DNA of 64,000 bases from an uncultured bacterium (GTDB lineage: Bacteria; Verrucomicrobiota; Kiritimatiellia; RFP12; UBA1067): contig CACZDG010000007.1 of the NCBI GenBank assembly GCA_902779865.1, positions 8,958 through 72,957 on the forward strand, in the 5' to 3' direction. Both the position numbers and the translations under genes were made by a program. The notes under the pieces were generated by a model. The model did not search any database and was not told the origin of the DNA. It saw only the letters and a list, made by a program, of their open reading frames with translations. This document shows positions 26,370-37,193 of the stretch, one piece after another. Position 1 is the stretch's first letter; the number at the start of each line of letters is the position of its first letter.

Positions 26370-26375
26370 AGTGTC

Positions 26376-26873
26376 ATGAACTATTCAGCTATCAGAACAT
26401 GCGACGTGGCGAACGGGCCGGGCGTGAGGGTGTCGCTCTTCGTGAGCGGCTGCACGCACTGCTGTCCCGGTTGCTTCAATCCCGATACGTGGGATTTCGC
26501 CCACGGCGAGCCGTGGACGGACGCCGTCCAGGAGAAGGTTCTCGCCTCCTGCGAACCGAATTGGATACAGGGGCTTTCCCTCCTCGGAGGCGAGCCGTTC
26601 GAGCCGGACAACCAACGCGCCTTGCTGCCGCTGCTGCGCGAGTTCCGCGCACGATTCCCGCAAAAGGACGTCTGGGCATGGACGGGATGCGTGTATGAGC
26701 AGGATTTTCTCAAGGACAGTCCATGGCGCTGCGAGGTGACGGACGAGATGCTTTCGCTAATCGACACGCTCGTGGACGGTCCTTTCATCGAGGCGCAGAA
26801 GGACATCTCCCTCCGGTTCCGCGGATCGTCCAACCAGCGTATTCTCACTTTGAAGGGCGGGCGCGTATCATGA
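26376..26873 (+). CDS. nrdG: Anaerobic ribonucleoside-triphosphate reductase activating protein (radical SAM)
   Basis: MNYSAIRTCDVANGPGVRVSLFVSGCTHCCPGCFNPDTWDF and the C-terminal FRGSSNQRIL align with E. coli NrdG as recalled. Confidence 0.87.
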   Translation: MNYSAIRTCDVANGPGVRVSLFVSGCTHCCPGCFNPDTWDFAHGEPWTDAVQEKVLASCEPNWIQGLSLLGGEPFEPDNQRALLPLLREFRARFPQKDVWAWTGCVYEQDFLKDSPWRCEVTDEMLSLIDTLVDGPFIEAQKDISLRFRGSSNQRILTLKGGRVS

Positions 26874-28060
26874 AGAAGTTAACGTTGAATCCCAAGCGCG
26901 ACTACACAGTTGTGCATCACCATCCGTGGATTTTCTCCGGTGCGGTGCGCTCCGTGGATGGCAACCCAGCGCCGGGCGAGACGGTCTGCGTGGAGAATTC
27001 GCGCGGTGAGCGTCTCGGCTGGGGCAGTTGGTCGCCCACTTCGCAGATTCGCGTGCGCATGCTTTCGTTCGACGATGGACGCGAGCCGGACGCCGATTAC
27101 GTGGAAAGCCTTGTCGGCGCGTCCGTAGCGCGCCGTGCGTCGTTTTGGGTGGATGGCGCGACGAATGCGTTCCGCCTCGTGAACGCGGAGTCTGACGGCT
27201 TGCCCGGCGTGGTGGCGGATTACTATGCGGGAAACGTTGTGGTGCAGCTCGCGACAGCCGGCGCGGAATATTGGAAGGGCGTGATTGTATCCGCACTCCA
27301 GAAGTACGTGCCGGACTGCAAGTGCGTTTACAACCGCAGCGACGTGGATGCCCGTGCGCGCGAGGGACTTGAACCGGCGACGGGGCTTCTCGCCGGAGAG
27401 GAACCGCCGGAACTTGTCGAGGTGAAGGAAGGCCCGGTCTCGTTCCTCGTTGACGTGCGCAAGGGGCACAAGACAGGATTCTACCTCGACCAGCGTGACG
27501 CTCGTGCGGCGGTCGCCGCATACGCGCCGACGGCCGAAGTGCTCAACTGCTTTTCGTACACCGGCGGGTTCGGAATCATGGCGTGTGCGTACGGCGCGGC
27601 GTCCGTAACGCATGTGGACGCAAGCGGAGACGCCCTTGCGCTTGCGCGTAGGAACACCGACCTCATGCATTTCTGCGGCGCGAAGAGCGAGTTCGTGGAG
27701 GCGGACGTCTTCAAGCAGCTGCGCCTTTACCGCGACCAAGGGAAGACGTTCGATTTGATCGTGCTCGATCCGCCAAAGTTCGCCGATACGAAGTCGGGCC
27801 TAATGCGCGCGGCGCGTGGGTACAAGGACATCAACCTCCTTGCCATGAAGCTTCTGCGTCCTGGCGGGGTGCTCGCGACGTTCTCCTGTTCCGGGGCGGT
27901 CACGATCGACCTCTTCGACAAAATCTGCGCGGAGGCAGCGTTTGACGCCAAGCGCGATTTTCAGGTGCTTGCGCGTACGCGTCAGGGCGCGGACCATCCT
28001 GTGGTGCTATCATTCCCCGAGGGGCTTTATCTAAAGGGGCTCATCCTCCGCCGTGTATGA
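26870..28060 (+). CDS. rlmI: 23S rRNA (cytosine1962-C5)-methyltransferase RlmI
   Basis: HHHPWIFSGAV, SPTSQIRVRM, NAESDGLPGVVADYY, GHKTGFYLDQRD, LNCFSYTGGFG, LDPPKF, RGYKDINLLAMKLL, PEGLYLKGL. Colinear with E. coli RlmI. ATGA overlap with nrdG. Confidence 0.85.
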   Translation: MKKLTLNPKRDYTVVHHHPWIFSGAVRSVDGNPAPGETVCVENSRGERLGWGSWSPTSQIRVRMLSFDDGREPDADYVESLVGASVARRASFWVDGATNAFRLVNAESDGLPGVVADYYAGNVVVQLATAGAEYWKGVIVSALQKYVPDCKCVYNRSDVDARAREGLEPATGLLAGEEPPELVEVKEGPVSFLVDVRKGHKTGFYLDQRDARAAVAAYAPTAEVLNCFSYTGGFGIMACAYGAASVTHVDASGDALALARRNTDLMHFCGAKSEFVEADVFKQLRLYRDQGKTFDLIVLDPPKFADTKSGLMRAARGYKDINLLAMKLLRPGGVLATFSCSGAVTIDLFDKICAEAAFDAKRDFQVLARTRQGADHPVVLSFPEGLYLKGLILRRV

Positions 28061-29538
<1,478 letters not shown>

Positions 29539-29539
<1 letters not shown>

Positions 29540-31440
29540 TGGCCTTCGGGGTTCCAGAATCAACCATTGAGGAAATCAGGGCGCGTACCGACCTTGCCGA
29601 TCTGATTGCCTCGTATGGTGTTCAGTTGCGTCGATCCAGCGGCGGCTACGTGGCGTGTTGTCCGTTCCACCATGAGAAGACGCCGTCCTTCCACATCCAG
29701 CCAGACAAAGGACTTTACCACTGTTTTGGATGCGGTGAGTCTGGTAATTGCTTTACATTCGTGCAGAAGCAGGAAGGGATGTCCTTCATAGAGGCCGTGA
29801 AGAAGCTCGCCGCCGGATGCGGCGTGACGGTGGAAGAGAAAGAGGATCCGAATGCCGGGCAGCGCAAGCGTCTGCTTGCGCTCCACGAACAGCTTGCCGA
29901 CTTCTTCCGCCGCTGCCTTCTGCAGGCGAAGGAGGCGGAACCCGCGCGCGCCTATCTCGCGAGCCGTGAACTGCCCGAGGCAATCGTCTCGCAGTTTAAA
30001 ATCGGATACGCACCGCTTTCCGCCGAGGCCATGCGCACGTGGGCGAAGAAATACGGTTTCACCGACGAAGACCTTGCCGCCGCCGGGGTGCTCCTGCCTC
30101 CGAAGTTTGCGGGCGGATCGTGGTTCAACCGCTTCGGCGGGCGTCTCATGTTTACGATCACCGATCGGCAAGATCGAGCGATCGCGTTTTCGGGGCGTAT
30201 CCTCACGAACGACAAGAAGAAGGCGAAGTACGTCAATTCGCCAGAGACTATTCTCTTCAAGAAATCGAACGTCCTCTTCGCGCTTGCCCACGCCGCGCCG
30301 AACATCGTCAAGACACCGGGACGTGAGGCAATCGTGTGCGAAGGGCAGATCGACGTGATCCGCTGCCATGCGTGCGGATTTCCTGTGGCGGTCGCGTCGC
30401 AGGGCACGGCCTTCACGGAGGAGCACGTGCGCCTCCTCAAGAAGTGTGCCGATTCCGTGGTGCTTGTGTTCGACGGCGACGGCGCGGGACAGAAAGCGGC
30501 GATCCGTACTGGCGGGGAGTTCTTGGCGGCGGGCGTGCCCGTGCGCGTGGCGACGCTGCCGGAGGGGGAGGATCCAGATTCGCTCCTCCGCACGAAAGGG
30601 CCTGAGGCGTTCCAGGCGTGCCTTGACGCGGCGGTGTCCGTTGCGAACTTCCAGGTGCACGCGTTGTTGGCTGGACACGAGAAGCCCTACAACATCCGCA
30701 CGGTGTCGGATACGAGCAAGGCGGTGCTGGAGACCATCGCGAAATGCACGTCGGCGGTGATGCGCGCGACGCTCATTGACGAGTCTGCGACGCTTCTGGG
30801 CGTGCCATCCGCCGCGTTGCAGGAAGATTTCATGAAGGTGCTGTCAGCCGCGAAGAGCCGTCCCGCGCCGCCACCGAAGGATGTCGAGCTAAGCGATGAA
30901 CCTTTTGGCGAACCAGACGGAGCCGATGAGGTGTCTGTGTCCTTCCCCGGCGAAGACGCAGCCTCTCCGCGCGTGAATCCACCGCCCACCACGGAGACCG
31001 CGTTCTGCGAGTTTCTAAAGGAACACGAGCGCAATGCTTCGCTTACGCCGCTTGTGTCGGAGTACGTGCCTGAAGTGATCCTCTCGCATCCCTTCACCAA
31101 GGCGTTCGTCAAGGCGTGGCTTGAAGGAATCGCCGATGGAACGGACGCTATCACGGCGCTGCGGGACAGTCTGCCGCCAGAGATGTGCGTGTGGCTCGAC
31201 CACATCCTGCTTAACGAGGAGAAGTCCGCCTCATGCGAACTTTCCCCAGAGCAGATACTTCAGGGTTTTCTGCGAAGACTGTGGATGGAGGCCGTGCAGC
31301 GTCGTCAGGGAGAACTGCCAGCGGCGTCATCGCCGGAAAACGACATGGCGCGTCTCCGGTATTCAACGAACATCCGCAAATTACAGCGAATGGATTGGGA
31401 GCGTGCCAGAGCCCTTATGCGTACAGAAACCCTTGCTTGA
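29539..31440 (+). CDS. dnaG: DNA primase
   Basis: Zinc finger CCPFHHEKTPSFHIQPDKGLYHCFGCGESGN. TOPRIM region IVCEGQIDVI and VLVFDGDGAGQKA. The start overlaps the purB stop (TGATG). Confidence 0.92.
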
Positions 31441-31585
31441 GCTCAACCGTGAGGGGCTTGCCCCATGTCTGTCGCTGCTGTGATCTTATGAATGTGAGAG
31501 GATTTGGCCGCTCAGGTGAGTTTTTGGGGTGTATTCCGCGTTTTTGCGGAATTTCAGATAAAGGATTGATAAAAGCGTAAGGTTG

Positions 31586-31594
31586 TGGTATCAT
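31586..31594 (+). promoter_or_regulatory. Extended -10 box TGGTATCAT upstream of the acyl-CoA ligase gene
   Basis: TGnTATCAT about 30 nt upstream of the ATG at 31624. AAGGA Shine-Dalgarno. Confidence 0.4.
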
Positions 31595-31623
31595 ATTCAG
31601 CGACTGCAGTTTAAGGATGTTTA

Positions 31624-33288
31624 ATGATGACAATCCGATCACTACTTGAAAAGTGCGCCCGGGACACCCCGGACGTCGTGGCGCTTTGCTCATGCGAGCA
31701 GAAGGAATGGCGTTCACGTACGTATGCGGAGTTCCTGTGCGATGTGCGCAGGACAGCTGCGGCTTATGGTTCCTCGTTCGGTCTGTGTCCGGGCGTGGAA
31801 AACGTCGCGTTGATTTTGTCGAACTCCCCCACGTGGATGGAATGTTACCTTGCGTGTAGCGGTGCGGGGGTGGCCGTAGTGCCAATCGACCCCAAGCTGC
31901 ATAACGACGAGGTTGCCTACATACTTGGAGATTCTGGCGCGGTCGTTGTTACCACGGACAAGGCGCATCTGGACATGATGCGAGCCATCGTGCCGGAGCT
32001 GCCTTCCGTTCGCGCGGTGGTGGTTGTGGATGCGGAAACCGCATGCGATCCGATAGGGACGGTTCCAGTGCGGGGTTTGGCGGCGTTGCGCGTTGCTGTG
32101 GAAGACGAGTCGTGGTACGACGTTCACGTGGCGGACGAGGAAAGTGTAGCATCCATCATCTACACCTCTGGCACGACGGGCAAGCCCAAGGGTGCTATGC
32201 TTACGCACGGCAATTTCACGGCAGACGCGGTTGGCGCGCTTGATGCGTTTGGCGAGCATGTCGATAGCGACGACGTGTTCCTCGTGGTGCTGCCGCTGTT
32301 CCACGCATTCTCCTTCTGCACGAACTTCGTGGTCCCGCTGCTGACCGGGTCGAGCATGGTCTTCGTGCGTTCCCTCTACACCATCGGCGAGGACGTAAAA
32401 CTCCTGCGTCCGACGGTGATTATGGGCGTGCCTCTTCTCGCGGAGAAGATGTTCGACAAGATTGACGCGAAGCTCAAGACGTCCAAGATGGCGAAGTTTC
32501 TTACGGCGATCGGGTTGCGCTCGCTTCTGCTAGGCGCGGTGAAGAAGGGACTTGGCGGGCGGCTGAGGTTCTTGATCGTGGGCGGGGCCCCGTGTCCGAG
32601 GCACGTGTTGGAGGGTTTCAACCGGTTGGACATAACCATGCTTGAGGGGTACGGACTTACGGAGTGCTCTCCGGTGGTGTCCATCGCCGGCCCGAAGTGT
32701 GCACGCGTTGGCACGATCGGCGCGAAGATCGCGAACATCGAGATACGCCTTGCGAACCAGAACGAGCAGGGAGTGGGCGAGCTTCAGGTTAAGGGGCCGA
32801 TCACGATGAAGGGTTACTGGCACAACGACGTCGCCACGGAGGAGGCGTTCGACGGCGAGTGGCTCAAAACCGGCGACCTCGCGTCGGTGGCGGACGACGG
32901 CCTCATCACGATCTGCGGAAGGAAGAAGGCGCTGATCGTGAACCGCGAGGGGAAGAACATCTATCCCGAAGAGGTAGAAAACCGCATTGCGGCAGATCCG
33001 CTTGTGGCGGACTGTGTGGTGGTGGGATATACGACCGGTGGGATTCCTGGTGAAAAGGTTGGCTGCGTGGTGCATCCGAACATGGATTTGCTCAAGGAAC
33101 GCAACGGCGGTAAGGAAGTGGCGTGGGAAGAAGCGATGAAAGTCGCGCAGGATCACGTACACGCTCAGTGCCACGACTTGGCGGACTACAAGCGGGTGCG
33201 CAAGGTCGTTGTGATGAAAGACCCGCTTGAGCGTACCTCCATACAGAAAGTCCGCCGCGTAACATATCAGGGAACCCTCGACGAGTAG
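31624..33288 (+). CDS. AMP-dependent (long-chain) fatty acid--CoA ligase
   Basis: AMP-binding signature IIYTSGTTGKPKGAMLTH. Also GYGLTE, TGDLA, GRKKALIV. Confidence 0.85.
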   Translation: MMTIRSLLEKCARDTPDVVALCSCEQKEWRSRTYAEFLCDVRRTAAAYGSSFGLCPGVENVALILSNSPTWMECYLACSGAGVAVVPIDPKLHNDEVAYILGDSGAVVVTTDKAHLDMMRAIVPELPSVRAVVVVDAETACDPIGTVPVRGLAALRVAVEDESWYDVHVADEESVASIIYTSGTTGKPKGAMLTHGNFTADAVGALDAFGEHVDSDDVFLVVLPLFHAFSFCTNFVVPLLTGSSMVFVRSLYTIGEDVKLLRPTVIMGVPLLAEKMFDKIDAKLKTSKMAKFLTAIGLRSLLLGAVKKGLGGRLRFLIVGGAPCPRHVLEGFNRLDITMLEGYGLTECSPVVSIAGPKCARVGTIGAKIANIEIRLANQNEQGVGELQVKGPITMKGYWHNDVATEEAFDGEWLKTGDLASVADDGLITICGRKKALIVNREGKNIYPEEVENRIAADPLVADCVVVGYTTGGIPGEKVGCVVHPNMDLLKERNGGKEVAWEEAMKVAQDHVHAQCHDLADYKRVRKVVVMKDPLERTSIQKVRRVTYQGTLDE

Positions 33289-33308
33289 CGGAATTGCTGG
33301 AAAACCTG

Positions 33309-33334
33309 AAGATGGTCAAATGACCATCTTTTGG
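33309..33334 (+). terminator. Putative rho-independent terminator after the acyl-CoA ligase gene
   Basis: AAGATGGTCAAATGACCATCTT is a palindrome giving an 8-10 bp stem, followed by TTGG with a run of T. Confidence 0.55.
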
Positions 33335-33371
33335 TGAAGAACGCGCCATTCAGGTGGTGTAAACTTGTTGC

Positions 33372-34259
33372 ATGTTTTTTCCATGCAACAGCATTTCCGT
33401 TTACGGTGGCCATGACCGTGGTTGCCGCGTACCTGCGTCCGTCGCGTCGCTTTCCATTGGCGTGCTGAGTTATCACGCCCACAAGACGCTGGCCAGCACG
33501 CTGGATTCATACGGGAAAGGCGGCTTGGTGTCATGCGCGAACGAGGCTTGCATCTTCTTCAATGAGCTCACGCCGGAAGATGAGCGGTTCTGCATGGAGC
33601 GTCCAGGCTGGCATTGTGTCGGTTCCCCGGTCAACCTTGGCCTGCTAGGTGGCATGGACGCCCTTGCGCGCACCATGACAGGAGATTACCTGCTGATGCT
33701 GCAGAACGACTGTCCTTTGGTGGCGGATGCCGTCGCCACGCGCCGTTACCTTGACGAGTCCATCGCTCTGCTTGCAACCGGGAAGGCGGACATAGTGCGC
33801 TGCCGTTCGCGTACGCTCCCAGGTCAGGGTTTCGCCGACTCTAAGAAGTTCGCGCGCTACCATGGGAACGGCCTGTTGCCCGCACTACGCCGAATCCTTC
33901 GCCCGAACAAGACCCGCCGCATGATCGGTCGTGCTCCTTATGCCATTCCGGACGCAGAGCTCAGATTCCCTGGCTACATTACGCGCGAGGGCGATTTCCT
34001 CGTCGTGGACTCTGCCGTAATCAACTTTACTGACCAGCCATTTTTGATTTCCCGACCGCTGATGCTAACCCTCCTTGACTGGGCTAAGGAGCATCCGAAG
34101 AAGCGCACCCTAAACGGATTCCAGGTGATGGAGATCAATCTCAACGTCCCCTGGTGGCGGCACAGCCACTTTAAAGTAGCGGTGGGCGAAGGCCTTTTTA
34201 CCCACTCTCGGCTAGACGGAGGGTTCAGGAAAGGCAAGGCTCGGGAAGTTTTGGTATAA
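33372..34259 (+). CDS. Hypothetical protein (possible GT-A fold glycosyltransferase)
   Basis: Long ORF with coding-like composition. LSIGVLSYHAHKTL and LMLQNDCPL loosely resemble GT2 N-terminal and acidic motifs. No firm match. Confidence 0.35.
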   Translation: MFFPCNSISVYGGHDRGCRVPASVASLSIGVLSYHAHKTLASTLDSYGKGGLVSCANEACIFFNELTPEDERFCMERPGWHCVGSPVNLGLLGGMDALARTMTGDYLLMLQNDCPLVADAVATRRYLDESIALLATGKADIVRCRSRTLPGQGFADSKKFARYHGNGLLPALRRILRPNKTRRMIGRAPYAIPDAELRFPGYITREGDFLVVDSAVINFTDQPFLISRPLMLTLLDWAKEHPKKRTLNGFQVMEINLNVPWWRHSHFKVAVGEGLFTHSRLDGGFRKGKAREVLV

Positions 34260-34260
34260 T
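34252..34260 (+). promoter_or_regulatory. Extended -10 box TGGTATAAT upstream of the response regulator; it contains the upstream gene's TAA stop
   Basis: Exact TGnTATAAT. The ATG at 34278 is 17 nt downstream, with no Shine-Dalgarno in the short leader. Confidence 0.5.
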
Positions 34261-34277
34261 ATTCCTTCGACATACCA

Positions 34278-34946
34278 ATGAACATACTAATCATCGAAGA
34301 CGATGCGGCTACGGCGGAGTTCGTCGCGGGCGCTTTCAAGCAGGTTGGATACGTCACCATGCACGTTGCCGACGGTGAGACCGGTCTCGCCGCAGCGCTG
34401 CACGGGTCTTACGATGCAGCCGTGGTTGACATCATGCTGCCCAAACTCGATGGGCTGGAGGTGATACGTCGTCTGAGGCAGTCAGGGCGAGGACTGCCGG
34501 TAATAGTCCTCTCCGCGCGTGGGAGCGTGGATGCGAAGATACGTGGCCTTGAGGCTGGCGGCGACGACTATCTCGCGAAGCCGTTCTCCGTGGCGGAACT
34601 AGTGGCGCGTGTCCAGGCGCTTCTGCGGCGCGCGAGTCGTGCGGAGGAGACGACCGTGCTCAGGGTGGAAGACCTGGAGATGGACCTGGTGACGCACCGT
34701 GTCACTCGCGCCGGCGAGCCTATCGACCTCCAGCCGCTGGAGTACCAGCTGCTTGAATACCTCATGCGCAACAGGGGGCGCGTGGTATCGCGCAACACGA
34801 TTCTGGACCGCGTGTGGAACTACAGTTTCGATCCGCACACGAACGTGGTGGAGTCGCGGGTTTACCATCTGCGCGAGAAGATCGACCGCAAGTCCGCGCG
34901 TAAGCTTCTCCGCACCGTCAGGGGGTTCGGATATGTCCTCGGCTAG
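34278..34946 (+). CDS. OmpR/PhoB-family response regulator
   Basis: Receiver domain MNILIIEDD...DAAVVDIMLPKLDG...KPF, then a winged-helix C-terminus LEYQLLEYLMRN...TVRGFGY. Confidence 0.9.
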   Translation: MNILIIEDDAATAEFVAGAFKQVGYVTMHVADGETGLAAALHGSYDAAVVDIMLPKLDGLEVIRRLRQSGRGLPVIVLSARGSVDAKIRGLEAGGDDYLAKPFSVAELVARVQALLRRASRAEETTVLRVEDLEMDLVTHRVTRAGEPIDLQPLEYQLLEYLMRNRGRVVSRNTILDRVWNYSFDPHTNVVESRVYHLREKIDRKSARKLLRTVRGFGYVLG

Positions 34947-36348
34947 GGGAGCCCATTCGCTCCGTCGGCACATCGTAGCCGTATCGCTCTCGGCGGGGGC
35001 GCTCCTGTTTCTGCTCGTGGGTTGTCTGATCCTTTTCGTGTCATGGTCGTTCATGAAGTCTGAATACGAGGAATTCCTCTCACGGTGCACGTCCGACCTC
35101 GTGGGCGAATATGCCGAGTCGAAGGGCGACTTGAAGAAGATGCGGCACTTCTTCGACGAAGATGTGGAGGAGCACGGCGCAGACCGTATTTTCCTGATGA
35201 TTACAGATCCGCATGGACGGAACGTACTTGACGCCTGCGCGGACAAGACCATCCAGCGCGCCATGGTCACACGCGCAAGGCGGGAACATGCTTCCTACCG
35301 CCTTAGCAAGGAAAGCGCGCTGCCGCACCGCAACCGCATCGTCCTACGCGTCAGGACTACGGTTCTGCCAGACGGCTTCAAACTCTCCGTCGGCCACGAC
35401 GTGACTGCCGACGAGCAGTACCTGCTATTCCTCGCCATTGTGCTTGGCGGCGCGTTCCTGCTTTCGCTCCTGCTTGGCGGCTGGGTGGCGGACTGGCTGG
35501 CGCGGCGGTTCGTCCGGTCGTTGCAGAACGTCTGCGATGCCGCCAACCGCATCAAGGCTGGCGAATGGTCCACGCGGGTCAAGCCGTCTCATGAAAGCCG
35601 CGAGTTAATCCTGTTGGAGGACGCCTTCAACACGATGTGTGACCAGAACGAGAAGACCATCACCGAGCTCAAGACTCTCACCGACGACATCGCCCACGAC
35701 CTGCGTACGCCGCTCACGCGCCTCCGCACCGCCGCGGAGTTCGCGGCCATGGGCGGCGAGTTGAAGCGTCCTCTGCCGGAGATGCTCTTCGAGCAGTCCT
35801 CTGACATGCTGGAGATGATCAACACGATGCTTGAGATATCGCAGGCCGGAAACAGGATCGATGGCACTCCGCGCGAGGACATTGACCTCTGCGCTTTCCT
35901 GCGTGAGACGGCGGATCTTTATTCGACCGTCCTCGACGACCAGGGTCTGAGGTTGGCGCTCAACGTGCCTGATGCGCCAGTTGTGTTTTCCGGGCACCGT
36001 GGCCGTCTGCAGCGACTCGTCGGAAACCTGCTAGACAACGCAATCAAGTTCACTCCTCGCGGCGGCACTATCACAATCGCGCTTGAACATGTACGGGATG
36101 CAGTCGTCCTTCGCGTTGCCGACACCGGCTGCGGCATCGCCGCAGAAGATCTGCCGCACGTATTCCGCCGCTTCTGGCGTGCGGATTCCAGCCGTTCGCT
36201 GCCGGGCAACGGGCTCGGTCTTGCTTTGGTGAAGGCGATTGTCACCTCATACGCCGGCACCATCACGTGTGACTCGTCGCCCGGGCGTGGAACAGCATTC
36301 TCGGTCTCGTTGCCGCATTTGGCGCTTGTTTCTTGTCAATGTCTGTGA
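34933..36348 (+). CDS. Sensor histidine kinase (HAMP-HisKA-HATPase)
   Basis: H-box DIAHDLRTPLT, N-box LLDNAIKFTP, G-boxes DTGCGI and GNGLGLALV, and two TM segments. ATG at 34933 overlaps the end of the response regulator gene. Confidence 0.88.
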   Translation: MSSARGAHSLRRHIVAVSLSAGALLFLLVGCLILFVSWSFMKSEYEEFLSRCTSDLVGEYAESKGDLKKMRHFFDEDVEEHGADRIFLMITDPHGRNVLDACADKTIQRAMVTRARREHASYRLSKESALPHRNRIVLRVRTTVLPDGFKLSVGHDVTADEQYLLFLAIVLGGAFLLSLLLGGWVADWLARRFVRSLQNVCDAANRIKAGEWSTRVKPSHESRELILLEDAFNTMCDQNEKTITELKTLTDDIAHDLRTPLTRLRTAAEFAAMGGELKRPLPEMLFEQSSDMLEMINTMLEISQAGNRIDGTPREDIDLCAFLRETADLYSTVLDDQGLRLALNVPDAPVVFSGHRGRLQRLVGNLLDNAIKFTPRGGTITIALEHVRDAVVLRVADTGCGIAAEDLPHVFRRFWRADSSRSLPGNGLGLALVKAIVTSYAGTITCDSSPGRGTAFSVSLPHLALVSCQCL

Positions 36349-36354
36349 TATCAT
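36346..36354 (+). promoter_or_regulatory. Extended -10 box TGATATCAT, 6 nt upstream of the ATG at 36361 (leaderless); the TGA is the histidine kinase stop codon
   Basis: TGnTATCAT directly abuts the start codon of the next gene. Confidence 0.45.
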
Positions 36355-36360
36355 ATTGAC

Positions 36361-37170
36361 ATGAGTTCTACACTTCAGAAGTATATTTTGCCTGGTGGCA
36401 GCATGTCATGGTTGGCGGCGCCACTTCTTTTTGCGATGTGCGTCACGGCGCTGTTCGTGACGTGGGTTGTGATGGAGCCGGCTGCGTTGCGCCATGCGTT
36501 CGACATGGACGGTCGTTCCACGTTCGAGCTGGCCACGATCCCGTTTTACGCCGCGATCATCCCCATCGTCTGGTGGAAGTGCCCGTTCACGGGTTCGCGC
36601 CGTCGTCGGACGTTGCTGTGCTTGGCGGTGACGTGCGTCGCGTTCATGGCCGTTGTCAAGGAACTAGACTGGCACCTTGCCGCAATGCAGCAGCTGTTCC
36701 CGTCGATCGTCGGGGCGGACGGCAACGTACACGGTCTCGTCAAGCCTAACGGTGCGCCGCTCACCGGCACGCCGTTCAAGATGCGTTTCCTTACGAACGG
36801 TGCCGTGCCTTTTGCGGCAAAGGCGTGTGTGCTGCTATACTTCGGCGCATTCTTCGGAGTGTTCGCGGTGTTGCTTGCGTACTATTCCGTGAAGTTGTTC
36901 AAGGGGTTCTTCCGGCTGCACCCGACGGCGTGGAGCGTGTGCTTTTTCGGAGGGTCTGGTGTGATGGTGGCGGTGATGGATCGCTTGCCGGCTTGGTATC
37001 GCCATGTGAACGGCTTGGGGAAGGATGAAGTCATTTCCAATTCCTTTGGTTCCTTCTGCACGTGTTTCGAGGAAGGCGGCGAGATGATGATAGCCATTTT
37101 CGCCATTCTTGCCATTCTCCAGGCGCATTCAATATATACGCGCCAGATAAAACCCCACTGCGAACTTTGA
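36361..37170 (+). CDS. Polytopic membrane protein, unknown function
   Basis: Multiple hydrophobic segments, for example LAAPLLFAMCVTALFVTWVV and ACVLLYFGAFFGVFAVLLAYY. No recognised motif. Confidence 0.5.
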   Translation: MSSTLQKYILPGGSMSWLAAPLLFAMCVTALFVTWVVMEPAALRHAFDMDGRSTFELATIPFYAAIIPIVWWKCPFTGSRRRRTLLCLAVTCVAFMAVVKELDWHLAAMQQLFPSIVGADGNVHGLVKPNGAPLTGTPFKMRFLTNGAVPFAAKACVLLYFGAFFGVFAVLLAYYSVKLFKGFFRLHPTAWSVCFFGGSGVMVAVMDRLPAWYRHVNGLGKDEVISNSFGSFCTCFEEGGEMMIAIFAILAILQAHSIYTRQIKPHCEL

Positions 37171-37193
37171 CCGGAAATTTGGGGAGTCGGGTT

